From the NCBI RefSeq assembly GCF_964213995.1, contig NC_135805.1, positions 24,242,001 to 24,306,000 on the forward strand: DNA of 64,000 bases, in the 5' to 3' direction. The translations under genes and the position numbers were made by a program. The notes under the pieces were generated by a model. That model made no database searches and was not told where the DNA came from. It saw only the letters and a program-made list of their open reading frames with translations. Below, piece by piece: positions 1 through 12,668 of this stretch (its first letter is position 1; every line of letters starts with the position of its first letter). Source of the stretch: Mustelus asterias (lineage: Eukaryota).

Positions 1-898
1 GTGGTCTCTGTTCTCCAACAGTGCACAGACACAGGAATCAAGTTACAGAATACTAATTAGAATGCAAATCTCTACAGCCAGCCAGGCCTTAAAAGGTACA
101 GATAATGTGGTTGGAGGGAACATTAAACACAGGTTAAAGAGATGTGTATTGTCTCCAGACAGAACAGCTGGTGAGATTATGCAAGACCAGGGGCAAGCTG
201 TGGGGGTTACTGATAATGTGACATAAATCCAACATCCCGGTTTAGGCCGTCCTCATGTGTGCGGAACTTGGCCATCAGTTTCTGCTCAGCGACTCTGCAC
301 TGTCGTGTGTTGTGAAGGCCGCCTTGGAGAACGCTTACCTGAAGATCCAAGGCTGAATGCCCGTGACTGCTGAAGTGCTCCCCAACAGGAAGAGAACAGT
401 CACGGGCATTCAGCCTTGGATCTTCAGGTAAGCGTTCTCCAAGGCGGCCTTCACAACACACGACAGTGCAGAGTCGCTGAGCAGAAACTGATAGCCAAGT
501 TCCGCACACATGAGGACGGCCTAAACCGGGATGTTGGATTTATGTCACATTATCAGTAACCCCCACAGCTTGCCCCTGGTCTTGAATAATCTCACCAGCT
601 GTTCTGTCTGGAGACAATACACATCTCTTTAACCTGTGTTTAATGTTCCCTCCAACCACATTATCTGTACCTTTTAAGACCTGGCTGGCTGTAGAGATTT
701 GCATTCTAATTAGTATTCTGTAACTTGATTTCTGTGTCTGTGCACTGTTGGAGAACAGAGACCACTCCATCTGACGAAGGAGCAGCATGCTCCGAAAGCT
801 TATGGTATTTGCTACCAAATAAACCTGTTGGACTTTAACCTGGTGTTGTGAGACTTCTTACTGTGCTTACCCCAGTCCAATGCCGGCATCTCCACATC
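1..898. mobile_element. Penelope-like element (PLE) 3' fragment arranged as an inverted duplication (GIY-YIG C-terminus + pLTR); left arm runs off the window
   Basis: ORF 207..509(-) ends ...DCSLPVGEHFSSHGHSALDLQVSVLQGGLHNTRQCRVAEQKLMAKFRTHEDGLNRDVGFMSHYQ, typical of vertebrate PLE GIY-YIG C-termini. 1-366 is the reverse complement of ~400-764. Ends in the family terminus ...ccggcatctccacat. Confidence 0.85.
767..805 (+). ncRNA. Minimal type I hammerhead ribozyme in PLE pLTR
   Basis: CCAT-CTGACGA-A-GGAGCA(gca)TGCTCC-GAAA-GCT-T-ATGG: core boxes CUGANGA and GAAA, stem II GGAGCA/TGCTCC, palindromic AGCT replacing stem III, stem I CCAT/ATGG. Confidence 0.75.
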
Positions 899-1035
899 AT
901 TCTGTTAGATAGCCAGTTACCTATCCAATCGGCCAAACTTCCCTCTATCCCACACATCCTTACTTTCTTCATAAGCCGACCGTGGGGGACTTTATCAAAC
1001 GCCTTACTAAAATCCATGTATATGACATCAACTGC
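899..1035 (-). mobile_element. CR1 LINE reverse-transcriptase fragment
   Basis: Encodes VDVIYMDFSKAFDKVPHGRLMKKVRMCGIEGSLADWIGNWLSNR, matching the RT in the ORF at 20851..23175. Confidence 0.85.
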
Positions 1036-1059
1036 AAAATCTTCCAGTTTATCCATGCT

Positions 1060-1390
1060 TCTTTCATGCTTCTGAACTGTAATCACTGCTGTAATGTATT
1101 AAATGCATAAATTTGTGCATAGAAAGCTCCCACAAACAGCAATGTGATTCTAACCAGATAATTTGCTTTATATAATGTTGGTTGGGGTATAACAATTGGC
1201 CAAGAAACCAGGGATAACTTTCCTGCACTTCTTTGAAATAATGCCATGGAATCTCATGTCCACCTGAGACGGAGGTGGCATTGTTTTTGTCTCATCTAAA
1301 AGATGGGACTTCAACAGTGCAGCCTTGATTTTTGTGCTCAAGATCCAGGGTGGGACTTTCTGACTCGAGTTCTACCAATTAAGCCACAGT
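1060..1390 (-). mobile_element. Deu-domain SINE (SacSINE1/AmnSINE1-like), degraded
   Basis: Contains aagctcccacaaacagcaatgtga...accagataat...aataatgccatggaatc...tccacctgaga; same family as the copies at 9320, 41490 and 55435. Confidence 0.6.
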
Positions 1391-1682
1391 TGGTTACGTA
1401 AAAGTTTTACCAAGTTTTTACAGTTTTATGAATTAGCCAGTCAACTGTTGACAGGGTTAACATCAAGTGTTACAATTTTTGATCTGAGACTTGGTCAATC
1501 AAGAAATCATAAAAATAAAACTTGTAAAATGATATGGTTTTGCGCACAAGGTAACAACATAAATGTATCTGCAAATAAAGAAAACTTTTGTTCCTTCAGC
1601 ACTTACAATGAATCATTTCGGGCATGATGTCATTAATATAGGCATATGCCAAGTCATTCTGCACAGAGCACAAATTCACAAA

Positions 1683-2316
1683 CATAGAACAGTACAGCAC
1701 AGAACAGCCCTTCGGCTCACGATGTTGTGCCGAGCTTTAACTGAAACCAAGATCAAGCTAACCCACTCCCTATCATCCTGGTGTGCTCCATGTGCCTATC
1801 CAATAACCGCTTAAATGTTCCTAAAGTGTCTGACTCCACTATCACTGCAGGCAGTCCATTCCACACCCCAACCACTCTCTGCGTAAAGAACCTACCTCTG
1901 ATATCCTTCCTATATCTCCCACCAGGAACCCTATAGTTATGCCCCCTTGTAATAGCTCCATCCACCCGAGGAAATAGTCTTTGAACGTTCACTCTATCTA
2001 TCCCCCTCATCATCTTATAAACCTCTATCAAGTCTCCTCTCAACCTCCTCCGCTCCAAAGAAAACAGCCCTAGCTCCCTCAACCTTTCCTCATAAGACCT
2101 ACCCTCCAAACCAGGCAGCATCCTGGTAAATCTCCTCTGCACTCTCTCCAGCGCTTCCACATCCTTCTTATAGTGAGGTGACCAGAACTGCACACAATAT
2201 TCCAAATGTGGTCTCACCAAGGTCCTGTACAGTTGCAGCATAACCCCACGGCTCTTAAACTCCAACCCCCTGTTAATAAAAGCTAACACACTATAGGCCT
2301 TCTTCACAGCTCTATC
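1683..2316 (-). mobile_element. CR1 (HER1-like) LINE, 5'-truncated 3' end, young
   Basis: ORF 1753..2307(-) has RTLVRPHLEYCVQFWSPHY...TRGH...FFTQRVVGVWNGLP and a CR1 tail (gttctatg). Near-identical protein to the copy at 56225-57234. Confidence 0.92.
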
Positions 2317-2518
2317 CTAACAGCATGAGATTTTTGAACAATTAATCTGCTCAGTGGTTTTATTTGGTGAAAGATTGTTGACGGAAATAGTACTCCTAGC
2401 TCATTTTTGAATACTGCTAAGAAATATTTTCTGCACAACAAAACAGACTGACAATACCATCAATTCACAACTCAAAGAATAATTCACTACTTCATCAACA
2501 CTGCTAACAGGTTACTCT

Positions 2519-2867
2519 CATAGAAGAATCATAGAAACCCTACAGTGCAGAAAGAGGCCATTCGGCCCATCGAGTCTGCACCAACCACAATCCCACCCAG
2601 GCCCTACCCCCATATCCCTACACATTTACCCGCTAATCCCTCTAACCTACGCATCTCGGGACACTAAGGGGCAATTTTAGCACGGCCAATCAACCTAACC
2701 CACACATCTTTGGACTGAGAGGGGAAACCGGAGCACCCAGAGGCAACCCACGCAGACACGAGGAGAATGTGCAAACTCCACACAGACAGTGACCCAAGCC
2801 GGGAATCGAACCCAGGTCCCTGGAACTGTGAAGCAGCAGTGCTTACCACTGTGCTACCGTGCCGCCC
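2519..2867 (-). mobile_element. HE1-type tRNA-derived V-SINE, full length
   Basis: Reverse strand reads gggcggcacggtagcacagtgg (A box)...ggttcgattccc (B box)...V-domain (gtctgtgtggagtttgcacattctcc)...CR1-like tail gggccgaatggcctc...ctatgattct. Confidence 0.9.
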
Positions 2868-3179
2868 ACTCTAGATCATATGAACAAATTCATAAAAGAG
2901 CTTGAATTCACCCTTTAGTTCAGAAGTGTATCTTACCATCTAAGCCAATGTGGCGTTAAAGAGGGAGAATCCTACTGAAAACAGAATTCCATCCCACATA
3001 GGACATATAAAAAGAACAACTGGTCAATATGTATACTCAAACCCAGTGGGTTTGACAAATAAAATCATGCGTTCGTTTAAAATTTCTTAAACAATAAGAG
3101 GAAAATAAAGTTGCTTTTCCCATTTTCGAATTGGCATATTACACTGTATTGTCAATGGGACCCTTTCACATAATAAAAC

Positions 3180-3620
3180 ACAGGTCAAAAGTACCTGTGC
3201 AAAGTACAGGTAAAATACATTCCACTAAGGTAAAGTACACTCCACTCAACTGGAGAAGTGCAACAATCAAGAAGCTTAAACTATTCAGGCTAAACAATCC
3301 ACCTGATTTACAGCCCATCCAATACTTCAGCCTTCCATGCCCAACACATAGTAGGTGATTATCTACTATCTACAGCTTTACAGGAGCTACTCCCTAGGTT
3401 TCTTCAACATCACTTCTGAAACCTGTGACAGTGCCAAGGACAGGTGCCCAAAACATCATCACATCCAAGGTGCCTATTTAAATCTCACACCACTCCGGCT
3501 TGGTCACACATCACTATTTTCTCATCGTCAGTGATTCAGAAACATGGAACGCTGGCTAAAATCTGTCCACATGGACTACAGCAGCTTAAGAAGTCATCTC
3601 ACCAACACTTTCTTAATCCT
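3180..3620 (+). mobile_element. Degraded LINE 3' fragment (L2/Crack-like family also at 27.2 kb)
   Basis: YTPLNWRSATIKKLKL resembles YSPLTWMSAAPITLKKLD at 27255..27485; tail atggactacagcagcttaagaag resembles 29033-29055. Confidence 0.45.
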
Positions 3621-5849
3621 GCCTATATCTCTCAAATTAATTTGGAACTCTCAGCATTTTTTTTCACTCTTTCCTCATAGGTATCAACTCATTGGAATTT
3701 ACAGGTTTACAGTTGCTTGTTACCGTCCAGTATCTTGCCCAAGCAGCAATCCTTTCTTTCAGCCTCATTTGCAAGTGCCAACTGAAATGATCAGAATTGA
3801 GCAGAGGAGGGAAGAGGAAGGGGGCATGCAGGTCTTAGCAACCAGCAGCAGGAACTATGGCAGATCACTTCACAGAGATCTTCAGATATAATGGTATCAT
3901 TCTATGGCTTTGTCAGTTTAAATTACAGCCCAGAGATCAATGAGCCACTTGGAGAACTCTTGTTGACAATTTAGTTTGCCTACAACTTAAACAGAAGCAA
4001 TTCATTCCATTTAATACCATTGGTCCATCTAGCCCATCCTCTCAAACCTCCCATCAGCATTCTTGTGAGTTTGAAACATATTGTTTGTATGTACATTGGA
4101 CAAGAACAGGAACAACATGACTCCAGTGTCTCCACGGTCAGTAACGTACACACACTCATGAATAATGTCTAGTTGCCAAATTACTGGCACTTGTAGAATT
4201 GCATTGCAGCAATTAATCTACATATTCATTGGCAGGGATTTCAAAATGTTAATTTTAATGTTTCAAATTTCAGATTCAAAATAGTTTTTGCTTCAGTTGC
4301 TAGGATGCTTTCTGGAAGTAAGAGTAAATTGTGTGTTTCCTTTCAGCTGACAAAATAATCAAGCCATAACAAGCTTAGAAAATCTAGCTTAATGTGGCGA
4401 GTTACATTGCAATTTAATTAACAGATCCCGACGTTGCCATTATTTAGAACAAAGCATTATTCTTTAGGCGTAACAGCCGAATCCCTATTACAACATCCAT
4501 TACTCACTCTTAATCATCTACTTACTAATTGAATACAAAAAATAAGAAGAATGGGGTTGGAATGATCAAATATTGCAAGATGGTACAGAAGGGACCAGCT
4601 GGCATGAACTCAGGTGGGGCATAATAGGCATAGCATCTTACAGCAGGGAATTATATGCCTATGATCCTAAAACATCAAATTAGGTGTTCTAATTACTGGA
4701 ATTAGAAACATAGTTAAACACAATCACGGTGAAGTGTACTGCATGTGACTTCAGGAGCGCAACAAAATCAGCAGCTTGGAAGAAGACATCAGATGAAGTT
4801 CATCTGGATAAAGAATGAGATAACACACAAAATCTATGTTAAAAGTAGAGAGGCTTATGGGTTCATATAAATAAGTGTCAAAATTGAAGGCTTACTTGAC
4901 AAAACTGGAAAAATGGGATTTAGTTTCTGAGGTTTATATGTAAAGCAAAGTCCGTAAAAGCGAAGTGATGTTACTAAACCTGTTTCAGCCAGAGCAAAAA
5001 GGATATCAATGCCAGAGAAGGACTGCAAAATGAACTACTTGTATTATACAGAAGCACTGCAGATACCGGAAGTTTGAAATAAAAACATAAAATGTTAGAA
5101 ATATTCAATGGGTCTGACAGCATCTATGGTGAGAGAAACTGAGTTAACATTTCAGGTCACTGATCTTTCATCAAAACTGATGAAATTGTTAAATCTGTTT
5201 CCCTTGCTACAAATGCTACTTACATTATACCCAGTATGAGCTGTGCGAATTATGAGGCAAGAGAAAATTGGGCTGTCTTCATCAGAACAGAGTAAATTTT
5301 GAAGGTTTTATACAAATAAATCAAGAGCTATTACTCATGAATTGATTGGGAGCATAATTTTCCAGTCACCAAAAGAACTATGGAATATTAAAAGAACATT
5401 TATTTTTGAGTAATGATAAACAGGACATAAAAGGCCCCAGTAAAAAGTTGTGAACCCCTGAATTTGCAATACGTCTTCAAAAATGTAGATAAATATTTGA
5501 AACGGGAAAACAGAACTAATATGACAGTTCAAAGTTGAGGGGCCAATTACCAGCGCTTTAAAATCATGAGATTCTATTTCTTCCCTCATCCTTAAGAGTT
5601 GATCATTCACAAAGTCAAAGCACAGCCATTCACCCACCCATACAGTTCTTCTGTACTACTGTTTTTAGAAATTATTAAATTTTATGGGGTCTCCCATTTG
5701 CAAGCAAAACATTATATGCAAAATGGTGCTATGCATGCCACTAACATTTTTGGCATTCATATATCAATCTTTTTCAGCTGTCTTCTCACTTCTCCATCCT
5801 TCCTTAGTCAAGCCTTTTAGTTTTATTTTCTAATTTAGTTTATTTTCCT

Positions 5850-5929
5850 GTTTCTGTTCAAAAGATGAAAAGTCAGCAGATGAAAAAAGTTTCTGTTCAA
5901 AAGATGAAAAGTCAGCAGATGAAAAAAGT
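5850..5929 (+). repeat. Perfect 39-bp tandem duplication
   Basis: gtttctgttcaaaagatgaaaagtcagcagatgaaaaaa occurs at 5850-5888 and 5889-5927. Confidence 0.9.
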
Positions 5930-5997
5930 CAAGCCACAATGGAAATGAAAAGATCAAAACATTTTGAATGATAGCCTTTCAAACCATTTGACCTCAC

Positions 5998-6294
5998 CCT
6001 TGCAGAGTTAATAACTCCAGTTGCAGCATCTTAGATGAGTCCAATACCTAAAACACTCTTCTTTAGCATCCACTGTGTAAATAGATATTTCCCAACATCT
6101 GCTAAAATCATTCCTTATATGCATGACTCAAGAGTGCTATCGTCCTGTTATTGTGGTGTATATGCTTGGTTCACTTTTCCTAACTCAAAAAATATCAAGA
6201 TGGAAAACAAAACTATCAAAGCCATGTCCAGCCCAACCTACAGTATCAACAATAGCAGGAGTGGTGAAACCTATAGAAAAACTCTCCTCTTCGC
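5998..6294 (-). other. Putative 5'-UTR exon of the divergent minus-strand gene
   Basis: Minus strand: acceptor ...tattgttatcttcag| at 6295 (alternative ...tttttctatag| at 6271) and donor caagg|gtgagg at 5997. Non-repetitive, with no long ORF. Confidence 0.45.
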
Positions 6295-7865
6295 CTGAAG
6301 ATAACAATATAAAGAGGAATTTTAAAAAAGTCAAGTCAGTTTGATAAAAGCCTACTTTATTGTGTATATAAAATGACCACAAATATTTGGTGTATACCTA
6401 ATCACAACCAAATAATTCCTGAAAACCAGTTTCATTCCTACTTGGGAAAGTGTGTCAGCCACTTTTGTCCCCCAAAGGATACAAGTTAATAGGGCCAACA
6501 GGACAGTGCTAGAGCATTAATTGGCTGGTAAGTGATAAAATGCTGGTCTCTGTATAGTAATGTTAGTTGCGCAACCATAAGGAAATAGCTCGAAGTTTGT
6601 TAACTAAGCGTATGGAGCAAGAGTAGGAAATTGGTGATGGGGGACAGATCAACCATAGTTTGTCCAAGTGGAGTAGCAGGCCAGCGGGGTTGATGGGCCT
6701 GCTGCTGTCTACTGTAAAGCAGACTTCAGCACAAAAAGAAGCTAGGGAAAGAGAATCCTTTGTACGGTAGGGGAATTAGGAGTGAGCAATAAATACTGGC
6801 CTGGCCACCAACACCCACAACCGAATAATTAATTTTAAAAAACATTTTTGAGCATTCCATGGAAGTCTGGGAACAATCTGATCATCTGTTTAGCCAGAAT
6901 AGTACATAGCACATGAAGAGTGAAGAAAGAGGAATTGTCAACTTCAAAGTCAGATTGTTTCTGGTGTAAAGAAATAGAAGCATTCTAAAGGTAGTCTGAC
7001 AAGTTACTCTGCCCACCAGCACAACTGAGCAAATACCTATGTTATCATTATTGAAACATACTCATTGGAAACATTGGCAGTGCATGCTGAACAGCAAGAG
7101 CAGGTTCAGATTTGGTTGATGCCCATTGGCTATATAGCCTATCAATATTTAGCAACTCAACTTACTCAAAAAAGTAGCCACTTGGACAAGGTACGTACCT
7201 GAACTGACAGGAAAGGAGGACAACATTTGCCATAAAGAAACAATATGGGACATATAAAAAAGTGTGTGTATATACTACGGACATTATGCAAGAGTTGCCA
7301 TTCAAGACTACAGCTTCGTTAGCTGCAAACAGAAACTACAGAAATATATGGCTCAACTAGCTACTAAATATATATTAACTGTGGCCAAAATCCCACATTG
7401 CAGCAGGTTACTCGATTTTGAATGTAGTGGACTTACATGGGTTTTAGATATTCTGAAAGATAACCAGAAAAAATGTCTGGCCACAGCACATTTATTCCAT
7501 GCTACAAAAGAAGGTTGGTCAATTTTAAAACTCCAAGTGGTAAATCTCATTATTATTCCTAAAACCTATCTATACTTATTCATTCCACCTGTTGTATTAT
7601 ACATCTTCCACTGATAAACATTCACTAGACTACTCCTTTGTGACATTTTCTATTCAATCTCATTCAAAGATAAAACTAATGTCTAATATGATCATCTAAA
7701 CCGATGACAGGTTATATATACCCTTTGCAAAATGAAATGTCAACGTTGTTCACTTTTTAGTACTATACCACTTATATCTGCCAATCTCAGATCACGTTAC
7801 AAAAGCCTCCACTGGTAGTATTTTTATATCTATCTGTAATACAAAGCTCTGGCTCCATCAGTAAA

Positions 7866-8107
7866 CACAGTAAGAAGTCTCACAACACCAGGTTAAAGTC
7901 CAACAGGTTTATTTGGTAGCAAATACCATAAGCTTTCGGAGCGCTGCCCCTTCGTCAGATGGAGTGACAGATTTTCACTCCATCTGACGAAGAGGCAGCG
8001 CTCCGAAAGCTTATGGTATTTGCTACCAAATCAACCTGTTGGACTTTAACCTGGTGTTGTGAGACTTCTTACTGTGCTTACCCCAGTCCAACGCCGGCAT
8101 CTCCACA
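7866..8107. mobile_element. Palindromic PLE pLTR mini-insert with hammerheads on both strands
   Basis: ~100-bp inverted arms around a 9-nt spacer; TSD tccatcagtaaa (7854-7865 and 8108-8119); HHR(-) 7926-7962, HHR(+) 7980-8016. Confidence 0.85.
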
Positions 8108-9319
8108 TCCATCAGTAAAGTCAGGACAACTATACTCTATACATTTATGAACTTGCCTAGCACAATGAGTCCAAAGAGTTCAACAAACTCCTGCGCACTG
8201 CAAACTTAATTTGACATTGCATTGGAATTATCCTCTATTTAGTGTCAACCAACCCCTAAGGATGCAAGGGAGTTGTGCTAAATCTGCAGCACAAACACAG
8301 CCTTAAGAGTCCAATGGGAATGTTAAAAATATCCTATTGCTTTTGTCACATAGCACAAACAATTCAATTTCATAAACACCAAATAAAAATAATTAATGTA
8401 ATGAATCACGATCATTCTTATAGGGAAAAACAACAAAATCTAATTTTCTGGATTTTTAACAGATAGAATGGACAAATGAGAAGTGCTGAAGTAGTTTCTA
8501 AAACTTTTCCCACAATTTTTATTCCATTCGTCCCTGGAACTATTAAACTATATACCTAATAACGGGCAGATAGGATGCAAGTTTACAAGAAATGAACAAA
8601 CAAATCTGATGATAATACATTTCAAGGACAACTGTGGGGGTCAAAGGGAGTTTGATTAGCTGTTGCAATACCCACTTGTTGTTATCAAAGCCAGGCAAGC
8701 TAACTTGAAGCTTGGTATGCTGCGTTCCTAAAAATAGAACAAGCTTCAGTTTGGAATCTGAGAATAGAACAGCTGATGTACAGAGAAAAAGCAAACAGAA
8801 AAAGGAAGAACCAGTTGTAAGTGTCTGAGCAACACGTTAGAGGAATAAGGCAGGTTCCGAAATGAACAATGACAAGGAAAATAATCAAAAATTAGAAGAT
8901 TAAATGGTATAGCACTCAAACACAAGGCAGAAGGGTTTGTAACAAAAATGTGGAAGGACACCAGGTAAAAGAAAAAGTTGCACACTAGTGAAATGGGCTG
9001 GGGACAGATAGAGCAGCATAAAAGAAGAGAAAATATTGAGAGATTGAGGTGGCTACTGTAGAGACCAGAACCAATTTCACGGTGTCAAAATTATATCACT
9101 GACTTGGTTTCAGAAACCACATACAATTAACAACATAGAAACAGGCCATTCTGCCTAACCCGTCTGTGCTGGTGTTCATGCTCCCACCTTACTTCACCTC
9201 ACCCTATCAGCACATCCTTCTCTTCCTTTCTCCCGCTCATGTACTTGTCCATCTTCTCTTTAAATACTTCATGCTATTCACTCAGTTATTTCATGTGATA
9301 GTAAGTTTCACTTCCTGAT

Positions 9320-9665
9320 CACACCATAGTTGCGACTTCACGTCCCACTCCAAATTTTTGAACACAGAAATTAAAGCTGACACTCCAGCACAGTCCTGAG
9401 CGATTGCTGCTCTGTTGGAGGTCCTGTCTGCTCTATCATGTGGTCGTATGAAATGCCATGGCACTATTTCAGAAAATAGCAGTGAAATTCTCCCAGATAT
9501 CCTAGCCAATATTTCTATCTCTCAATCAATACAATTGAAACAGATTATCTGATTGTTATTACATTGCTGTTTGCCACCCATCCGACATTACAACACACTT
9601 CAAGTGGCTGTAATGTGCTTTGGAACATCCCACGGTCAAGAAAGGTGCTACATAAATGTAAGCCT
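9320..9665 (+). mobile_element. Deu-domain SINE, degraded
   Basis: ccatggcactatttcagaa...cctagccaatattt...aaacagattatctgattgttattacattgctgtttg...aaggtgctacataaatgtaag. Confidence 0.6.
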
Positions 9666-10339
9666 TTCACCAGAATTTATTAGATTTATTGATGAACATG
9701 TTATAGTGAACATGTATAAGTGTACAGTTGATATTAAATTAGGAGACAGTCAAATCTGGTGAGTTATCTCACGACCTACAAAATTAGTTAATACCCGAGT
9801 TGATGGAACATGGCAACGTAATGCAATGCAAGGGAGCAATGGACATCAAACCAAACAAGGTATTAAGAGTAGCCAAAAATTTGCTCTAAGTGGTGGATTT
9901 TAAGGAGAGCCAAATGGAAAAGCAGAGGAGACGGTAGATGCAACAAACCAAGCAGATTACAGATAAGGAGGGTTGAACTGTGATGAGCTTTAAGTATATG
10001 GGTGAGAATTTTAAATGTGACATGGGCAATCCAATATAGATCAATAAAGATAAAGTTCATTGGTAACTAGGATTTGATGCAGGTTGGACACAGGCAGTAA
10101 TGCTGCTCATCTGAAATTTAGAAAGAGAAAAATGAGGAAGTCAAGAATAATGGACTTCCCATATAGGATAAAGGAGGCCTAAAATTTATAACAGCCAGGT
10201 TATCAAATGTATTTCACTGATCAAACAGCTAGATTAATGAACTGGAATGGTCTTCCTCTGCCCTGCTTATCTGCAACAAGGGGAACAAAAATCTAAAAAA
10301 GTGAGAAATAGAAAAAAGAATAAGCCTGAAGAACGATAA

Positions 10340-10790
10340 TGGAACTTTTATCTATATAGTCTCCTTAATATAATAAAACATCCCAAGATGCTTCACAGGA
10401 GTGTTACAAGGAAAAATTTAACAACAAAGCCACATAAGAGACTATTAGGGCAGATGGCCAAAAGCTTGGTGAAAGAGGTAGGTTTTAAGGAGTGTCTTAA
10501 AGGAGGAAGGAGAGGCAAAGTGGTTTAGGGAGGGAGCTTTGGGCCAAGGCAACTGATTACAGCTGCTACTGGTGGAGTGAGTTATTAATGTAGGGAATGC
10601 ACAAGATGCCAAAATTAAAGGAGTGCAGAATTTTCAGTCTTTTAGAGCTGGAGGAGTACAAAGAAGGGAGGAGAGGGGCGATGGAGGGATTTGAATACAA
10701 TGATAAGAATTTTAAAATCAAAGTAATGCTTAAAAAAAAGAGCCAAAGCTAATCAGCAAATTCAGGTGTTATGGATCAATGGTATATGCA
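10340..10790 (-). mobile_element. L2-type LINE 3' end
   Basis: Tail tatatagtctcctt...acatcccaagatgcttcacagg followed by L2-like ggtaggttttaaggagtgtcttaaaggagg; the tail resembles the Deu-SINE tail. Confidence 0.5.
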
Positions 10791-11314
10791 AAGACACAGG
10801 CAAAAAAGCAAGCAAATAAATAACTAGACAAGGCCACAGGAAGGGGAAATGAAAACATTTATCTGTTCTTATTTGCGTCTATAAAGTCCAAACTGGTGAC
10901 ATTTGAAAGTGATTTCACAAAGCAAATTGTTTCTTTTTGTTTGGGGCTGGGGCTGCTTCAGTAGATATTTTGATTGCGTACTAAACACTGGTAACTAAAT
11001 TATATTTATTGCAACATGGTTATTCATAATTATGCAGTGTAATTTGGGGGAACACTAAACATTTTGTTTAAATTGTTACAATACAACACACAAAGAGCCT
11101 TCCAATATTGTATCAGTTGAAATAGAAATGAAAAAGTGACTTGTACAAAAAGCAAAATACATCAATGCAGAACGCATGCAAAAATAGTGTGTGTATATAG
11201 CTGGTGGTTTATGAAAGAACGGCTGGAGAAGGTGATCTAACATCATATCCTTGTGGATCAGTATGTCTACTCAAGTTAAATACTTACTGTGGCCAGACAT
11301 AGCTAACAAACAGC

Positions 11315-12668
11315 AAAGGTTTACCAGGGTGATTCCTGGGATGGCAGGTCTATATCATATGAGAGACTAAGCTGGTTAGTAAGTTTGCAGATGACATCAA
11401 GATTGGTGGCACAGTGGACAGTGATATCTAGGATTGCAATGGGATCTTGATCAATTAGGCCAGTGGGCTGACGAATGGTAGATGGAGTTTAATTTAGATA
11501 GATGCGAGGAGATGCATTTTGGTAGATTGAACCAGGGCAGGACTTACTCAGTTAATGGTAGGGCGTTGGGGAGAGATATAGAACAAAGAGATCTAGGGAC
11601 ACAGGTTCAGAGCTCCTTGAAAGTGGAGTCACAGCCGGATAGAGTGGTGAAGAAGGCATTCGGCATGCTTGGTTTCATTAGTCAGAACATTGAATACATG
11701 GGTTGGGACATCTTGTTGAAGTTTTACAAGACATTGGTAAGGCCACACTTGGAATACTGCGTACAGTTCTGGTTACCCTATTTTAGAAAGGAAGGATATT
11801 ATTAAACTAGAAAGAGTGCAGAAAAGATTTACTAAGATGCTACCGGGACTTGATGGTTTGAGTTATAAGGAGAGACTGGATAGACTGGGACTTTTTTCCC
11901 CTGGAGCATAGAAGGCTTAGGGTGATCTTATCGAGGTCTATAAAATAATGAGGGGCATAGATCAGTTAGATAGTCAACATCTTTTCCCAAAGGTAGAGGA
12001 GTCTAAAACTAGAGGGCATAAGTTTAAGGTGAGGGGGGAGAGATATAAAAGGGTCCAGAGAGGCAATTTTTTCCAGAGGGTGGTGAGTGTCTGGAACGAG
12101 CTGCCAGAGGTAGTAGAGGCAGGTACAATTTTGACTTTTAAAAAGCATTTAGACAGTTACATGGGTATAGAGGGACATGGGCCAAACGCAGGCAATTGGG
12201 ACTAGCTTAGTGGTTTTAAAAAAGGCGGCATGAACAAGTTGAGCTGAAGAGCCTGTTTTCATGTTGTAAACCTCTATGACTCTATTCACTGGAGTTTAGA
12301 AGAGTGAGAGGGGATCTCATAGAAACTTATAAAATTCTAACAGGGTAGATTCAGAAAGAATGTTCCAAATGGTGGGGGAGTCCAGAACTAGGGGTCATAG
12401 TTTGAGGATAAGGGGTAAACCTTCTAGAATTGAGGTGAGGAGAAATTTCTGGTGAGTGTGTGGAATTCACTTTCATTGAATGTAGTTGAGGCCAAAACAT
12501 TGTCTGATTTCAAGAAGAAATTAGATATAGCTCTTGGGGGCTAAAGAGATCAAGGGATATGGGTGGAAGGGGGATCAGCATATTGAATGTGAAAGTAAGC
12601 CATGATCAAGATGAATGGTGAGCAGGCTTGAAGGGCCGAATGGCTTACTCCTGCTTCTAGTTTCTACA
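11315..12668 (+). mobile_element. Nested CR1 LINEs (inner 3' fragment ~11376-12282 inside an older CR1 3' end)
   Basis: ORFs 11482..11805 and 11948..12205 are CR1 ORF2 C-terminal pieces with frameshifts. The outer element (tttaccagggtgattcctggg...) resumes at 12283 (tattcactggagtttagaaga). Confidence 0.85.
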
